Assembly: GCA_016703225.1 (NCBI GenBank)
Contig: JADJCM010000001.1
Span: forward strand, 832,088 to 872,087
Origin: Lysobacterales bacterium
GTDB lineage: Bacteria; Pseudomonadota; Gammaproteobacteria; Xanthomonadales; Ahniellaceae
DNA length: 40,000 nt
Direction of reading: 5' to 3'
Part shown: piece by piece, positions 9,202-18,907 of the stretch
How positions within the stretch are numbered: the first letter of the stretch is position 1
How the letters are laid out: the number at the start of each line of letters is the position of its first letter
Program-made: the position numbers and the translations under genes
Notes under the pieces: generated by a model
What the model saw: the letters and a program-made list of their open reading frames with translations, nothing else
What the model was told of the DNA's origin: nothing
The model's database searches: none

Positions 9202-11705
9202 GGTCGACACGCTCGCTGCTGCGTCTTTCGTGGCGGCAGTTGCTGCGCGACCTCGCTTCTGGCGAGTTGCGCGTGTTGTTCGCGGCACTGGTACTCGCCG
9301 TGCTCGCGGTCACCGCGGTCGGCTTCGTGACCGATCGCGCCACGCGCGCGCTGGCACTCGAAGCGAACCGCCTGCTCGGTGGCGACGCCGTGCTGCGTTC
9401 GGATTCGGCGATTGCACCGGCGCTGCGCGCGGCCGCGCAATCACCCGGGCTCGCGCACAGCGAAGTGTGGACCTTCAACAGCATGCTGCGCGCCGGCCCG
9501 GCCCTGAAACTCGGCGAGGTGCGCGCCCTCGGCGCCGACTACCCGCTGCGGGGCGAGTACCGCCTGCGCGACAAACACGGCGCGGAGCGCAGCCATCGCG
9601 GTGCCCCGCAGCGCGGCACGATCTGGCTGTCGCGCGCTGGTGCCGATGCACTCGGCGTCAGGATCGGCGACCGCATCACGCTGGGCCGCAGCGAGTTGCA
9701 GATCGCGGCCCTGGTCGTGCAGGAACCGGACGCGGTGCTCGACTATTTCAATACCGCGCCGAAGGTGTTCGTGTCGCTCGCCGAATCCGATGCCACTGGG
9801 CTGGTCCAGCCCGGTGCACGCATCACCTACCGTCTGGTCGTGGCCGGTGACGCCAACGTCGTCAGCGCCTTCGTCGCCACGCTGAAACCGCAGCTTGGTC
9901 GCGGACAACGTATCGAAACCGCCGCCGACGCGCGGCCGGAAGTGCGCAACGCGCTGGATCGCGCCGACCGCTTCCTCGGCCTCGCGGCCTTGGTCTCGGT
10001 GGTGCTTGCCAGTGTCGCGGTGGCCATGGCCGCACGCCGCCATACTGCGCGCCACCTCGACGATGCCGCGGTGCTGCGTTGTCTCGGCGCCAGCCAGCGC
10101 GAGATCGCCAGCCTGCACCTGCTCGCCCTGCTGCTGCTGGCCGTGCTCGCCTCCACGCTCGGCATCACACTTGCATACGCGCTGCAGTCGTTCGCCGGCG
10201 ACAGTCTGGAACGTACGCTCGGCATCAATGTGCCCGCCGCCGGCCCGCTGCCGGCCTTGTATGGCGCGGCGGTCGGCTTCACCGTGTTGATCAGCTTCGC
10301 GTTGCCGCCCGTGCTGGCGCTGCGCCGCGTGCCGGCACTGCGCGTATTGCGTCGGGACATCCCGCTGACCGAAACCAGCGCCATCGTCACCACCGTGGTC
10401 GGCCTGTGCGGCTTGGTCGCGCTGCTGTGGTGGAAATCCGGTTCGGCCGAACTCGCCACCAGCCTGCTCGGCGGCCTCGCACTCGCCTTCGTCGCACTCG
10501 CCCTGCTCGCCTCGCTGCTGGTCTCCGCGCTGCGTCTTCTGCGCAAGCGCCTGCGCGGCGCCTGGCGCTATGGGCTCGCGAACCTGTCGCGACGCGCAGC
10601 ATCGAGCCTGGCGCAGATCGCTGCGCTCGGCCTCGGCCTGACCGTGCTGCTGCTGCTTGGACTGGTGCGTTCCGACCTGCTCGCGCGCTGGCGGGAGGCA
10701 ATCCCCGCCAATGCGCCGAACCAGTTCGTCATCAACATCCAGCAGGACCAGCTCGAGGGCGTGCGCACCCTGCTCGCTGAGCAGGGCCTGCCGAGCACGC
10801 AACTGTTTCCGATGGTGCGCGGCCGCCTGCTCGCGGTGAACGGCAGCGCGGTCAGCGGCGACGACTACGAGGCGCGCGGCGAGCGTGCGCGCCGACTGGC
10901 CGAGCGCGAATTCAATCTCAGTGCCAGCACCAGCTTCGGCGACGACAATGTCGCCACCGCCGGCCGACTGTGGAGCGCCGAGGACGCCGACCAGGCGCAA
11001 TGGTCGGTCGAGGAAGGATTCGCGAAGTCGCTCGGCTGGAAGGTCGGTGACCACGTCGCGTTCGATGTCGGCGGCCAGCGCATCGAGGCGCCGATCACCA
11101 GCCTGCGCGCGGTCGACTGGGAGAGCTTCCGCCCGAACTTCTTCGTGATCGGCACGCCAGCGACGATCGCGAAACTGCCCGCCAGCTACATCACCAGCCT
11201 GCATCTGCCCGAGCACGAGCGCGGCGCCGTGAATGCACTGGTCGAAAGTTTCCCGAACCTCAGCGTGATCGACATCGGGGCGGTGCTGGCGCAAGTGAAG
11301 GGCACCACCGACCAGGTCACCGAAGTGGTCGAGCTGGTGTTCCTGTTCACGCTCGCGGCCGGCGTGCTGGTGCTGGTTGCCGCCATCCACGCCACCCAGG
11401 ACGAACGCCTGCGCGAAGGCGCGGTGATGCGCGTGCTCGGCGCACGCCGCGCGCAGTTGCGATTCGCCCAGCTGTCCGAGTTCCTGGTGATCGGCTTGAT
11501 CGCCGCGTTCGTCGCGGTGATCGCCGCCAACGGCATCGCCGGCAGCATCGCCACCCGCGTGTTCGATCTGCCCTGGACGCCGAACCTGCGCCTCAGCCTC
11601 GAAGTTGCCGCGACCGGCATCGCGCTGGTCGCGCTCGCCGGCTGGTTCACCACCCGCCGCACCGTCGCCGCACCGCCATCGGAGACGTTAAGGGCGTTGG
11701 GGTGA
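9198..11705 (+). CDS. ybbP: ABC transporter permease, FtsX-like (YbbP)
   Basis: 835-aa polytopic protein with two FtsX-type 4-TM modules. There is an ATGA overlap with ybbA. Confidence 0.8.
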   Translation: MRSTRSLLRLSWRQLLRDLASGELRVLFAALVLAVLAVTAVGFVTDRATRALALEANRLLGGDAVLRSDSAIAPALRAAAQSPGLAHSEVWTFNSMLRAGPALKLGEVRALGADYPLRGEYRLRDKHGAERSHRGAPQRGTIWLSRAGADALGVRIGDRITLGRSELQIAALVVQEPDAVLDYFNTAPKVFVSLAESDATGLVQPGARITYRLVVAGDANVVSAFVATLKPQLGRGQRIETAADARPEVRNALDRADRFLGLAALVSVVLASVAVAMAARRHTARHLDDAAVLRCLGASQREIASLHLLALLLLAVLASTLGITLAYALQSFAGDSLERTLGINVPAAGPLPALYGAAVGFTVLISFALPPVLALRRVPALRVLRRDIPLTETSAIVTTVVGLCGLVALLWWKSGSAELATSLLGGLALAFVALALLASLLVSALRLLRKRLRGAWRYGLANLSRRAASSLAQIAALGLGLTVLLLLGLVRSDLLARWREAIPANAPNQFVINIQQDQLEGVRTLLAEQGLPSTQLFPMVRGRLLAVNGSAVSGDDYEARGERARRLAEREFNLSASTSFGDDNVATAGRLWSAEDADQAQWSVEEGFAKSLGWKVGDHVAFDVGGQRIEAPITSLRAVDWESFRPNFFVIGTPATIAKLPASYITSLHLPEHERGAVNALVESFPNLSVIDIGAVLAQVKGTTDQVTEVVELVFLFTLAAGVLVLVAAIHATQDERLREGAVMRVLGARRAQLRFAQLSEFLVIGLIAAFVAVIAANGIAGSIATRVFDLPWTPNLRLSLEVAATGIALVALAGWFTTRRTVAAPPSETLRALG

Positions 11706-12346
11706 TCGGGGCGATGTAGGAGCGACCCCGGTCGCGACCGGTGACGCGATGCAACCGGTGTTCGCGATGCGGTGTTATCGCGATGATCGTGCGTTGCGGC
11801 GTCGATGGTCGCGACCGGGGTCGCTCCTACGTCGCAGGGGTGATGCGACCGGGGGGTCATCCGGGTGTGCCCGGTCCACACCGTGTCCCAATACGCATAA
11901 TCACCGAGGCGCTGCACCAGGCCGGCACGCACCGGATTGCCGACGATGTAGCGCGCGGCCAAGCGCACGTCGCGCCAGCTGCGCAAGGCGCGATCATGGA
12001 AGGCAGGGGCCCACATCGGTCCTTCCACGCCCACGACATGATTCGCCGCCCGTGCGCTTACGCCCTTCAATCGTGCAACGACGCCTGACAGCGGTTCTGA
12101 TTCGCCCAGTTCGATCAACCAGTGCGCGTGGTCCGGCATCAACACCCAAGCCAGCAGACGCGCATCGGCCAGCGCTTCCCGAGTCAGGAAACACCGGCAC
12201 ACGCTGGCCGCGATCTCGAAATCGGCGAACCGGGGCTGGCGAGCCAAGGTCGTGGTGGTCACCAGATAGGTGCCGTGGATCAGCGATTCACGGCCTTCGC
12301 GCAGTGCACGGTGCCCGGCAGGCAGTTCGATGCGAAAATGGTTCAT
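11186..12346 (-). CDS. REP-associated tyrosine transposase (RAYT, IS200/IS605 Y1 superfamily); only 11870-12346 is RAYT-like, and the frame stays open to 11186
   Basis: Part of tracked ORF 11186..12769, with the start at ATG 12346 (MNHFRIEL). HUH motif MPDHAHWLI and catalytic Tyr region AARYIVGNPVRAGLV are present, and homology ends around GDYAYWDTVW. No stop follows: translation would run through the REP (GATPVAT) and antisense into ybbP. Confidence 0.65.
   Translation of the reverse strand: MNHFRIELPAGHRALREGRESLIHGTYLVTTTTLARQPRFADFEIAASVCRCFLTREALADARLLAWVLMPDHAHWLIELGESEPLSGVVARLKGVSARAANHVVGVEGPMWAPAFHDRALRSWRDVRLAARYIVGNPVRAGLVQRLGDYAYWDTVWTGHTRMTPRSHHPCDVGATPVATIDAATHDHRDNTASRTPVASRHRSRPGSLLHRPDHPNALNVSDGGAATVRRVVNQPASATSAMPVAATSRLRRRFGVQGRSNTRVAMLPAMPLAAITATNAAIKPITRNSDSWANRNCARRAPSTRITAPSRRRSSWVAWMAATSTSTPAASVNRNTSSTTSVTWSVVPFTCASTAPMSITLRFGKLSTSAFTAPRSCSGRCRLVM
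11716..11830. repeat. REP doublet (inverted pair of GTAGGAGCGACCCCGGTCGCGACCGG)
   Basis: A forward copy lies at 11716-11741 and its reverse complement at 11807-11830. The pair sits directly 3' of ybbP and next to the RAYT gene. Confidence 0.8.
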
Positions 12347-12438
12347 GCCGCACAGATCGCCGGTCGCCGTCACGCGATTCGTGAGGCCACGTCGGAAATC
12401 CGGATGCGAAAAATCGCAGCGCGGTGTCCACAGGGCCC

Positions 12439-12553
12439 GTAGGAGCGACCCCGGTCGCGACCGGTGACGCCGCGCAATCGGTGTTCGCGATGCGACGTGG
12501 TCGCGACAATCGAACGACGCGGCGTCACCGGTCGCGACCGGGGTCGCTCCTAC
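12439..12553. repeat. REP doublet (inverted pair), upstream flank of RAYT
   Basis: A forward copy lies at 12439-12464 and its reverse complement at 12528-12553. It uses the same 26-nt unit as 11716-11830. Confidence 0.8.
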
Positions 12554-12569
12554 GGGCGCTGTAGGTGGC

Positions 12570-15485
12570 CTACGGCACCCACCGTGCCAGATACAGGTCG
12601 GTGTCGCGTTCGCCTTCCTTGTTGGCGCGGTTGCTGGCGAACACCAGCCACCGGCCGTCGGGGGAGAACATCGGGAAGCCGTCGAAGCTCGGCGCGCTGG
12701 TGATGCGTTCGTCGCCGCCGTCGAAGCGCACGATGCGCAGGTCGAACTCGCGGGCGTTGGCGCCGACATTGGTTGCGTAGATCACGCCCTTGCCGTCCGG
12801 TGTGGGATACGGCGCGAAGCTGCCGACACCGTGGCGGGTCAACTGTTTCACGTTGCCGCCGTCGGCGTCCATCACGAACAGTTCGAGCTTGCTCGGGCGC
12901 ACCAGGCCCTGCTTGAGCAGGCCTTCGTAATCGGCGAGTTCTCCACCCTCGGGGCGCGAGGCGCGCCAGATGATCTTCGAACAATCCGGCGTGAAGAACG
13001 CGCCGCCGTCGTAACCGGGCAGGCTGGTCAACTGCTTCACGTTGCCGCCATCGCGATCGGCGACATAGAGATCGAGATCGCCGTTGCGGGTGCTGGTGAA
13101 CAGGATGCGGCCATCCTTGAAGCACTCGGTCGCCTCGGCGTCGTATCCGGGTCCGCTGATCAGCGGCGTGGTCTTGCCGTGGGCGTCGCGGCGCACGATG
13201 TCGAAGCTGTCGTAGATCGCCCACACGTAACCTTGCGAGTAGTCGGGCTTGGGCGGACAAGTCGGACCGGCGGCTTCGGTGGTCGCATAGATCAGCGAGT
13301 CGCCGTGCGGATAGTCGAAGTAGCCGCAGGTGGTGCGGCCCTGGCCGCTCGAGACCAGCTCAGCCTTGCCGCTGTCGAGGTCGAGCACGTATTGCGCATC
13401 GCAGTCGCCGTCGCGCGGCGTGCGCTGGAAGCTGAGCTTGCGCCCGTCCGGCGACCAGTACGCCTCGGCATTGTCGCCGCCGAAGGTGAGGCGACGCAGG
13501 TCGGCGAGGTGCGGCTCGTCGGCGCGCATCAGCTCGGGCGCGGCCTTGCCGGCGCGCGGGCGCCAGTCGCCTGCGGCCGCGGCATCGACACCGACCTCGA
13601 AGCTGGCGTGCTGCACCGGCGCGGTCGCCGCGGCCCCTGCCGGCGGATGCGCAGCCGGCGCCGCTTCACCCGGCCGCTGCGACAGCGTCGCGCGCAGTTT
13701 CACTTCCTGGCCATCACGCTTGACGACGATGTCGATGGTGTCGCCCGGCTTGTGCTCGCGCAGCACGAAGGTCATGTCGTAAAGGTTGTTGATGGTGATG
13801 CCGGCCATGCCGATGATCACGTCGCCCTTGCGCACGCCGCCCTTCTCGGCCGGACTGTTCGGGCGCACGTCGCTGAGCTTGACGCCGCCGGTGGTCGCTT
13901 CCATCGCCGAGTAGTCCGGCACCGAACCGAAGTAGGCGCCATACCCGCGGCTGTCGCCGGCCGTCGGTGCCGCCGCGCTGGTGCGCGCGTAATCGAGGCG
14001 TGCCCCGACGCGTGCGCCATCGGCGAGTGCCGCGGTGATGCGCGCAACATGGGCGCCACCTTCGAGATTGAGCAGGGGCGCATCGTCCTCGGGCGAGTGG
14101 TACTGCTCGTGCGCGCCAGTGAACAGATGCACCACCGGCACGCCGCTGGCGTAGAAACTGGAATGATCGCTGGGTCCGTAGCCGTCGCCGCCGGCGCTGA
14201 TCATCACCTCGGGCGCGACCTTGTTCGCGGCCGCGACCAGCGCGTCCCAGCCGGTCGAACTGTCGGCACCGAGGATGTTGAGCTTGTGCTCGTGCATGCG
14301 CCCGACCATGTCGAGGTTGATCATGGCCGCGACGTCGCCGATCTTGCCGCTCGGCAGATGCTCGACGAACCAGGCGCTGCCGCCGAGTCCGATCTCCTCG
14401 GCCGAGAAACCGACGAAGAGCAGCGAGCGGCGATCGGGGGAGAGCTTTCCCAACTGGGACTCCTGCTCAACCAACAAACGCGCCGCACACAACATGCCGG
14501 CCACGCCCGAGGCGTTGTCGTCGGCGCCGTTGTGGATCTCGTGGCGATCGGGGGCACGGCTGCTGGGTCCGCCCATGCCGAGATGGTCAAAGTGCGCGCC
14601 GACCACGACGACCTCGTTCGCGAGTGCACCGCGACCGGGCCACACGCCGACCACGTTCTGGGTCTTGGCGATCACCGCATGCAGGTCGACGCGACCGCTG
14701 ACGCGACGGTCCTTCACTGCGAACGAGTCCGACTTGTAACTGGTGTCGATCGCCGCCTGCGCCTTCGCGAGCGTGGTGCCGTTCGCGAGCAGCCAGCGAT
14801 CGGCGAGGGCGCGCGTGACCTGCAGCACCGGGATGCCGGCGTCCGACAACGGCCCCATGGTCTTCAGCGGCGGCAGCTTGTCGGGTTCGTCCGCGGTCTG
14901 CGGCGGCGAGACCAGGATCAACGCGACCGCACCGGCTTCGCGCGCCTGGATCGCCTTCGCGCGCAGGTCGGAGTAACGCGTCGGCTTCTTGCCGTCGAAC
15001 GGAGACTTCTCATCGTTCTCGCCCGGCTCGAAGCGCAGCGCGAGCACGGCCTTGCCTTTGACGTCGAGCCCGGCGTAATCGTCGTAGTTCAAATCCTTGG
15101 CACGAATGCCGTAACCGACGAAGACCAGCTCGCCGGAGAATTCACCCGACTTCGCGAAACCGAGCGGCGTCCAGTCGCTGCCGTAGACGGCGTCCTGCAA
15201 GCTGTTGTGTTCGCCGACGCGGATGCCGGTGTTGGCGTCGAAGGGCTGCATGCGTCCCTGTGCCGGCGCCTGCAGTCCGATTGCATCCATCCACTCGGCG
15301 ATCGCGAGTGCGGCCATGTCGTTGCCCTTGCTGCCGGTGCCGCGGCCTTCCATCGCGTCGTCGGCGAGGGTGTGTGTGACTTCGCGGAAACAGGCTGCGG
15401 GATCGGCCGCCACGGTCGCGGCCACGACCGTGGTCGTGGCCAGTGCCAGCGCGATGGTGAACGACAACAAGCGGTGAAGCGGCAT
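12570..15485 (-). CDS. secreted M28 metallopeptidase with PA-like, PDZ and TolB-type beta-propeller (PD40) domains
   Basis: The start is set at ATG 15485 (MPLHRLLSFTIALALATTTVVA signal). M28 motifs are GAHFDHLG, NGADDNASG and FSAEEIGLGGS. The PDZ region is GVKLSDVRPNSPAEKGGVRKGDVIIGM. C-terminal repeats are WSPDGRKL, FTPDC, PTPDGK and FSPDGRWLVF. Confidence 0.8.
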   Translation of the reverse strand: MPLHRLLSFTIALALATTTVVAATVAADPAACFREVTHTLADDAMEGRGTGSKGNDMAALAIAEWMDAIGLQAPAQGRMQPFDANTGIRVGEHNSLQDAVYGSDWTPLGFAKSGEFSGELVFVGYGIRAKDLNYDDYAGLDVKGKAVLALRFEPGENDEKSPFDGKKPTRYSDLRAKAIQAREAGAVALILVSPPQTADEPDKLPPLKTMGPLSDAGIPVLQVTRALADRWLLANGTTLAKAQAAIDTSYKSDSFAVKDRRVSGRVDLHAVIAKTQNVVGVWPGRGALANEVVVVGAHFDHLGMGGPSSRAPDRHEIHNGADDNASGVAGMLCAARLLVEQESQLGKLSPDRRSLLFVGFSAEEIGLGGSAWFVEHLPSGKIGDVAAMINLDMVGRMHEHKLNILGADSSTGWDALVAAANKVAPEVMISAGGDGYGPSDHSSFYASGVPVVHLFTGAHEQYHSPEDDAPLLNLEGGAHVARITAALADGARVGARLDYARTSAAAPTAGDSRGYGAYFGSVPDYSAMEATTGGVKLSDVRPNSPAEKGGVRKGDVIIGMAGITINNLYDMTFVLREHKPGDTIDIVVKRDGQEVKLRATLSQRPGEAAPAAHPPAGAAATAPVQHASFEVGVDAAAAGDWRPRAGKAAPELMRADEPHLADLRRLTFGGDNAEAYWSPDGRKLSFQRTPRDGDCDAQYVLDLDSGKAELVSSGQGRTTCGYFDYPHGDSLIYATTEAAGPTCPPKPDYSQGYVWAIYDSFDIVRRDAHGKTTPLISGPGYDAEATECFKDGRILFTSTRNGDLDLYVADRDGGNVKQLTSLPGYDGGAFFTPDCSKIIWRASRPEGGELADYEGLLKQGLVRPSKLELFVMDADGGNVKQLTRHGVGSFAPYPTPDGKGVIYATNVGANAREFDLRIVRFDGGDERITSAPSFDGFPMFSPDGRWLVFASNRANKEGERDTDLYLARWVP

Positions 15486-15580
15486 CGGTCCGACTCCGGC
15501 AATCGAAAGTGCCAGCCTATCAGCCACGCGCGTGGCGCCGCTGTGACGGTTGGCGTTGGTTGCGCTGGTCCAGGAAAGAG

Positions 15581-17953
15581 TCACCGCGCCTTGAGCGCGA
15601 CCGCTGTGCGCTCGCGCCAGCGCGCAGCCTGCGCGGGCCGGCGCCAGGCCTCATACAGCAGCACCAGTTCCTGCGCGACTTTTTCCGCGCCGGCGAAGTG
15701 GCGATCCTCGCTGCCGAGCTTGCCTTGGTAGGCGGCGAGCAGCCACGACTCGGCTTCGGCGTATTGGCCGCGGTCGCGCAGCAACTTGCCCAGACCGGCG
15801 CGGCGTTCGACGCAGCCGGGGTGGTCGGCGCCGCGCAGCGCGTCGCACATCGGGATGTACTCGCGGAACGCGGCTTCGGCCCGCGCCACTGCACCGGCGC
15901 GCATCGCAGTGGCGGCCAGGTTGCCGATCGCGATCAGCGTGTCTGGGTGGCGTTCGCCGAGGGTCCGGCGACGGATCGCGAGGATCTCCTCGCATTGCAC
16001 CAGCGCCTCGGCGGCGCGGCCAAGCATGCTCATCGCGCCGATGATGTTGCTGCGGATGATCAGCGTGTTCGGGTGCTCGGCGCCGTAGTACGCCACGTAT
16101 CGGGGCAACACCGCCTCCGAGACCGCGAGCGACTCGTCGTAGCGCTTGGCCAGGAACAGCGTCGCACCGAAGTCGCCCCTGAGTTCCATCAGGTCGAAGT
16201 CGTCGGCATCGACGCGCCGCTCGCGTGCCGCGATCAGTGCACCGTGAATGGCGATCGCGGCGTCGTGGTCGCCGGCGGTCGAGTCGGCCAGCGCGACCTG
16301 GGTGAGCAGGGCCTCGAACGGCGCGGTGTCGTGGGCCAGCGCCTCGGCGGCACGCAGGGTGTCGCGCCCGAGACGACGCGCGGCCTCGATGTCGCCGCCC
16401 TCGCGCAGCCGCTTCACGAGACGCACGGCGCTGATCAGCGAGTCTGCGTCGGCGATGCCGAACAAGCGCCGCTGTTGCTCCAGCACCCGGTTCAACAACT
16501 CTGGCTCGATCTTGCCCCGTTCGGATTCCCCACGCGCGTTTGCGGTCTCCGAGGCCAGACGCAGCAGGGCGCGGGCGTCGGGCGGGAGGCGGGCCTGCGC
16601 GGCGGCGTATTCGGTCTCGGCGATCGCGACTGCCTTGTCGGGCTCGCCCAGGTTGACCAGCGTCTCGACCAGAGTGGCGGCGATTTCGGCGCGCACCTGC
16701 GGCGCATCGCCGAGGTCGGTGGCCAGGCGCTGGCCGGCCTGTTCCAGAACCAGGCGCATCAGCGTCCGATCCAGCCCCTGGGCGCGTCCCGGGCTGACCC
16801 CGGACAACACCGACGACAGGAACTGCGAAGCACGCGCGGCCTTGTCGCGCTCGGCGACCACCGCATCGCGTTGCGTGCGCCAGACCAGGCCGCTGGCGAG
16901 CAAGCCGAGCAGCACCGCGGCACTCACCGCGAGCGGCAGGCGGTTGCGCTCGAGGAAGCGGCCGAGGTGATACAGGCGACTGCCCTGGCGTGCACGCACC
17001 GGCAGGCGCTGCAGGTGGCGTTCGATGTCCTCGACCAGTTCCTCGACGCCGGCATAGCGCCGCGCGGGATCGGTGCGCAGGGCCTTGAGCACGATCGCAT
17101 CCAGATCGCCGCGCAGGCGCCGCGCCCTGGCTGCAGGCAACGGGCGCAGGCTCGGCGGCAGCGGCTCATGACCGCGGATCGCCTCGATCAGGCCGACCGA
17201 GTCATCGCCGTTCGCGTTGCCGTCCGCATCGTAGGGCGCCGAGCGGGTGAGTAGTTCGTAGAGAATCACGCCGAGCGCATAGACATCGACGCTGACGCCG
17301 CTGTGTCCGGAGAACTGTTCGGGCGCCGCGTAACGCGGCGTCATCAAGCGACGATCGGCGCGGGTCTCGTCGCGACCGCCCTCGCCGATCACCTTGGCGA
17401 TGCCGAAGTCGAGCAGCTTGGGCTCGCCGTGCGCATCGACCAGGATGTTGCCGGGCTTGAGGTCGCGATGCACCACCAGCATGCGGTGCGCCGCCTGCAC
17501 CGCACGACAGACCTTGGCGAACAGCCGCAGGCGCGCGACCAGGTCAAGCTGGTGTTGCTCGCACCAGTGATCGATGCGCTCGCCCTCGACCAGTTCCATC
17601 ACCAGGTAGGGCGTGCCGTCGACGAGCGTGCCGCCGTCGAGCAGACGGGCGATGTAGGGATGGTCGAGCTGCGCCAGGATGCGTTGCTCGGCGGCGAAGC
17701 GTCGCGCCCACTCGTTGGCGTCGGCGTCGCTCGCGCGTAGCAACTTGACCGCCACCGCCTGCGCGAAGTCGCCCGCGTCGCGTTGCGCGCGATAGACGCT
17801 GCCCATGCCGCCGCTGGCGATCAGGGATTCGATGCGCCAATGCCCGACCTGCAGCCCGATGCGCGCGTCGGCCTGCGGCAAGCTCGCCGCCACCCGACAC
17901 AGCCCGCCAATCCGCGCGCTGCGATCGGAAGGTTCAGTGATCGGTTCGGCCAT
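15581..17953 (-). CDS. Ser/Thr protein kinase with C-terminal TPR array
   Basis: Kinase motifs are GGMGSVYRA, AVKLL, HRDLKPGNILV, DFGIA and APEQ. They are followed by a TM segment and TPR-like repeats. ATG 17953 (SD-like GGGGTG 7 nt upstream) is preferred over GTG 18058. Confidence 0.8.
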   Translation of the reverse strand: MAEPITEPSDRSARIGGLCRVAASLPQADARIGLQVGHWRIESLIASGGMGSVYRAQRDAGDFAQAVAVKLLRASDADANEWARRFAAEQRILAQLDHPYIARLLDGGTLVDGTPYLVMELVEGERIDHWCEQHQLDLVARLRLFAKVCRAVQAAHRMLVVHRDLKPGNILVDAHGEPKLLDFGIAKVIGEGGRDETRADRRLMTPRYAAPEQFSGHSGVSVDVYALGVILYELLTRSAPYDADGNANGDDSVGLIEAIRGHEPLPPSLRPLPAARARRLRGDLDAIVLKALRTDPARRYAGVEELVEDIERHLQRLPVRARQGSRLYHLGRFLERNRLPLAVSAAVLLGLLASGLVWRTQRDAVVAERDKAARASQFLSSVLSGVSPGRAQGLDRTLMRLVLEQAGQRLATDLGDAPQVRAEIAATLVETLVNLGEPDKAVAIAETEYAAAQARLPPDARALLRLASETANARGESERGKIEPELLNRVLEQQRRLFGIADADSLISAVRLVKRLREGGDIEAARRLGRDTLRAAEALAHDTAPFEALLTQVALADSTAGDHDAAIAIHGALIAARERRVDADDFDLMELRGDFGATLFLAKRYDESLAVSEAVLPRYVAYYGAEHPNTLIIRSNIIGAMSMLGRAAEALVQCEEILAIRRRTLGERHPDTLIAIGNLAATAMRAGAVARAEAAFREYIPMCDALRGADHPGCVERRAGLGKLLRDRGQYAEAESWLLAAYQGKLGSEDRHFAGAEKVAQELVLLYEAWRRPAQAARWRERTAVALKAR

Positions 17954-18271
17954 CGCGAAGCACCCCTGCGACGATGCGGCACTGTAGCGGTGCGAGCTAT
18001 CCCGTGTCGCGCGATGGCGTTGCGCGATGCGCGCGGCCAGCGCAAGGCGGGCGGCCACGGGGGGCCTCCCCTACGCGGTCGCCGCGATGCGGTCGGGATC
18101 GGTGCCGCGGGTCCCGACCGATCCACACGTCCCCACGCACCGGTAGGGGCAGCCTCCCGTGGCTGCCCAAGCCACACGTCCACCGCACCACCCCCCGTAG
18201 CTGCCCAGGCACTTGTCGCCCGCTTTCGTGACAGTGAGACTCGACCCGCGCCAGCGGGCGCGCGGAGGAGC

Positions 18272-18907
18272 ATGCGCATGAACACGACGGCACGATGGGC
18301 CGCGGCGGCCCTGGTCTGCAGCGGCGCGGCGGCGGCCACGGAGCGCGCGTATCCGCCGGCCAAGGTCGACTTCGACGCGTTCCAGCAACTGGTGGCCGAG
18401 GTCGAGCCACACCGGCGCGAACGGCTGGTCGATCTGGACACGTTCCTGAGAATGAGCCGTGAGCCGGGCGTCGTGGTCCTCGACACGCGCTCGACCTATC
18501 GCTACGACCGCATCCACCTGCAGGGCGCGCGCCACCTCGGCTTTTCCGACTTCACCCAGGATCGCCTGGGCGAAGTGATCCCCTCGCTCGACAGCACGGT
18601 GCTGATCTACTGCAACAACAACTTCGACGGCAACCAGGTGGACTTCCCGACCAAGGTCGCGCTGCCCGTGCGCACGGTGACGCCCGGCGTGCAGATGCGC
18701 GTGCAGGAAAAGCCGCTGATGCTGGCGCTCAACGTCCCGACCTACATCACGCTGTATGGCTACGGCTATCGCAACGTGTACGAACTCGACGAGCTGGTGC
18801 AGGTGACCGACCCGCGCATCCGCTTCGAGGGCAGCATCGTGCCAGCGGCGGCGTCCGCACAGACCCCGGCGCTCACGCCGAGTGACGCGACGGATGTGAA
18901 GCAGTGA
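18272..18907 (+). CDS. rhodanese-like domain protein, secreted
   Basis: The start is moved to ATG 18272, preceded by GGAGGAG. Signal peptide is MRMNTTARWAAAALVCSGAAAA. The rhodanese-like core is VVLDTRSTYRYDRIHLQGARHL..VLIYCNNNFDG. Confidence 0.65.
   Translation: MRMNTTARWAAAALVCSGAAAATERAYPPAKVDFDAFQQLVAEVEPHRRERLVDLDTFLRMSREPGVVVLDTRSTYRYDRIHLQGARHLGFSDFTQDRLGEVIPSLDSTVLIYCNNNFDGNQVDFPTKVALPVRTVTPGVQMRVQEKPLMLALNVPTYITLYGYGYRNVYELDELVQVTDPRIRFEGSIVPAAASAQTPALTPSDATDVKQ

Noticed and set aside
12831-15731. 966-aa + strand ORF. Similar very long ORFs are 7967..9484 (-), 9441..11390 (-), 15509..17254 (+), 20795..22654 (-), 22999..24603 (-) and 25359..27284 (-).
   Set aside because: All lie antisense or out of frame to genes with clear family motifs. 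Their translations are Arg/Ala/Gly/Pro-rich with no motifs. These are typical shadow ORFs of high-G+C DNA.
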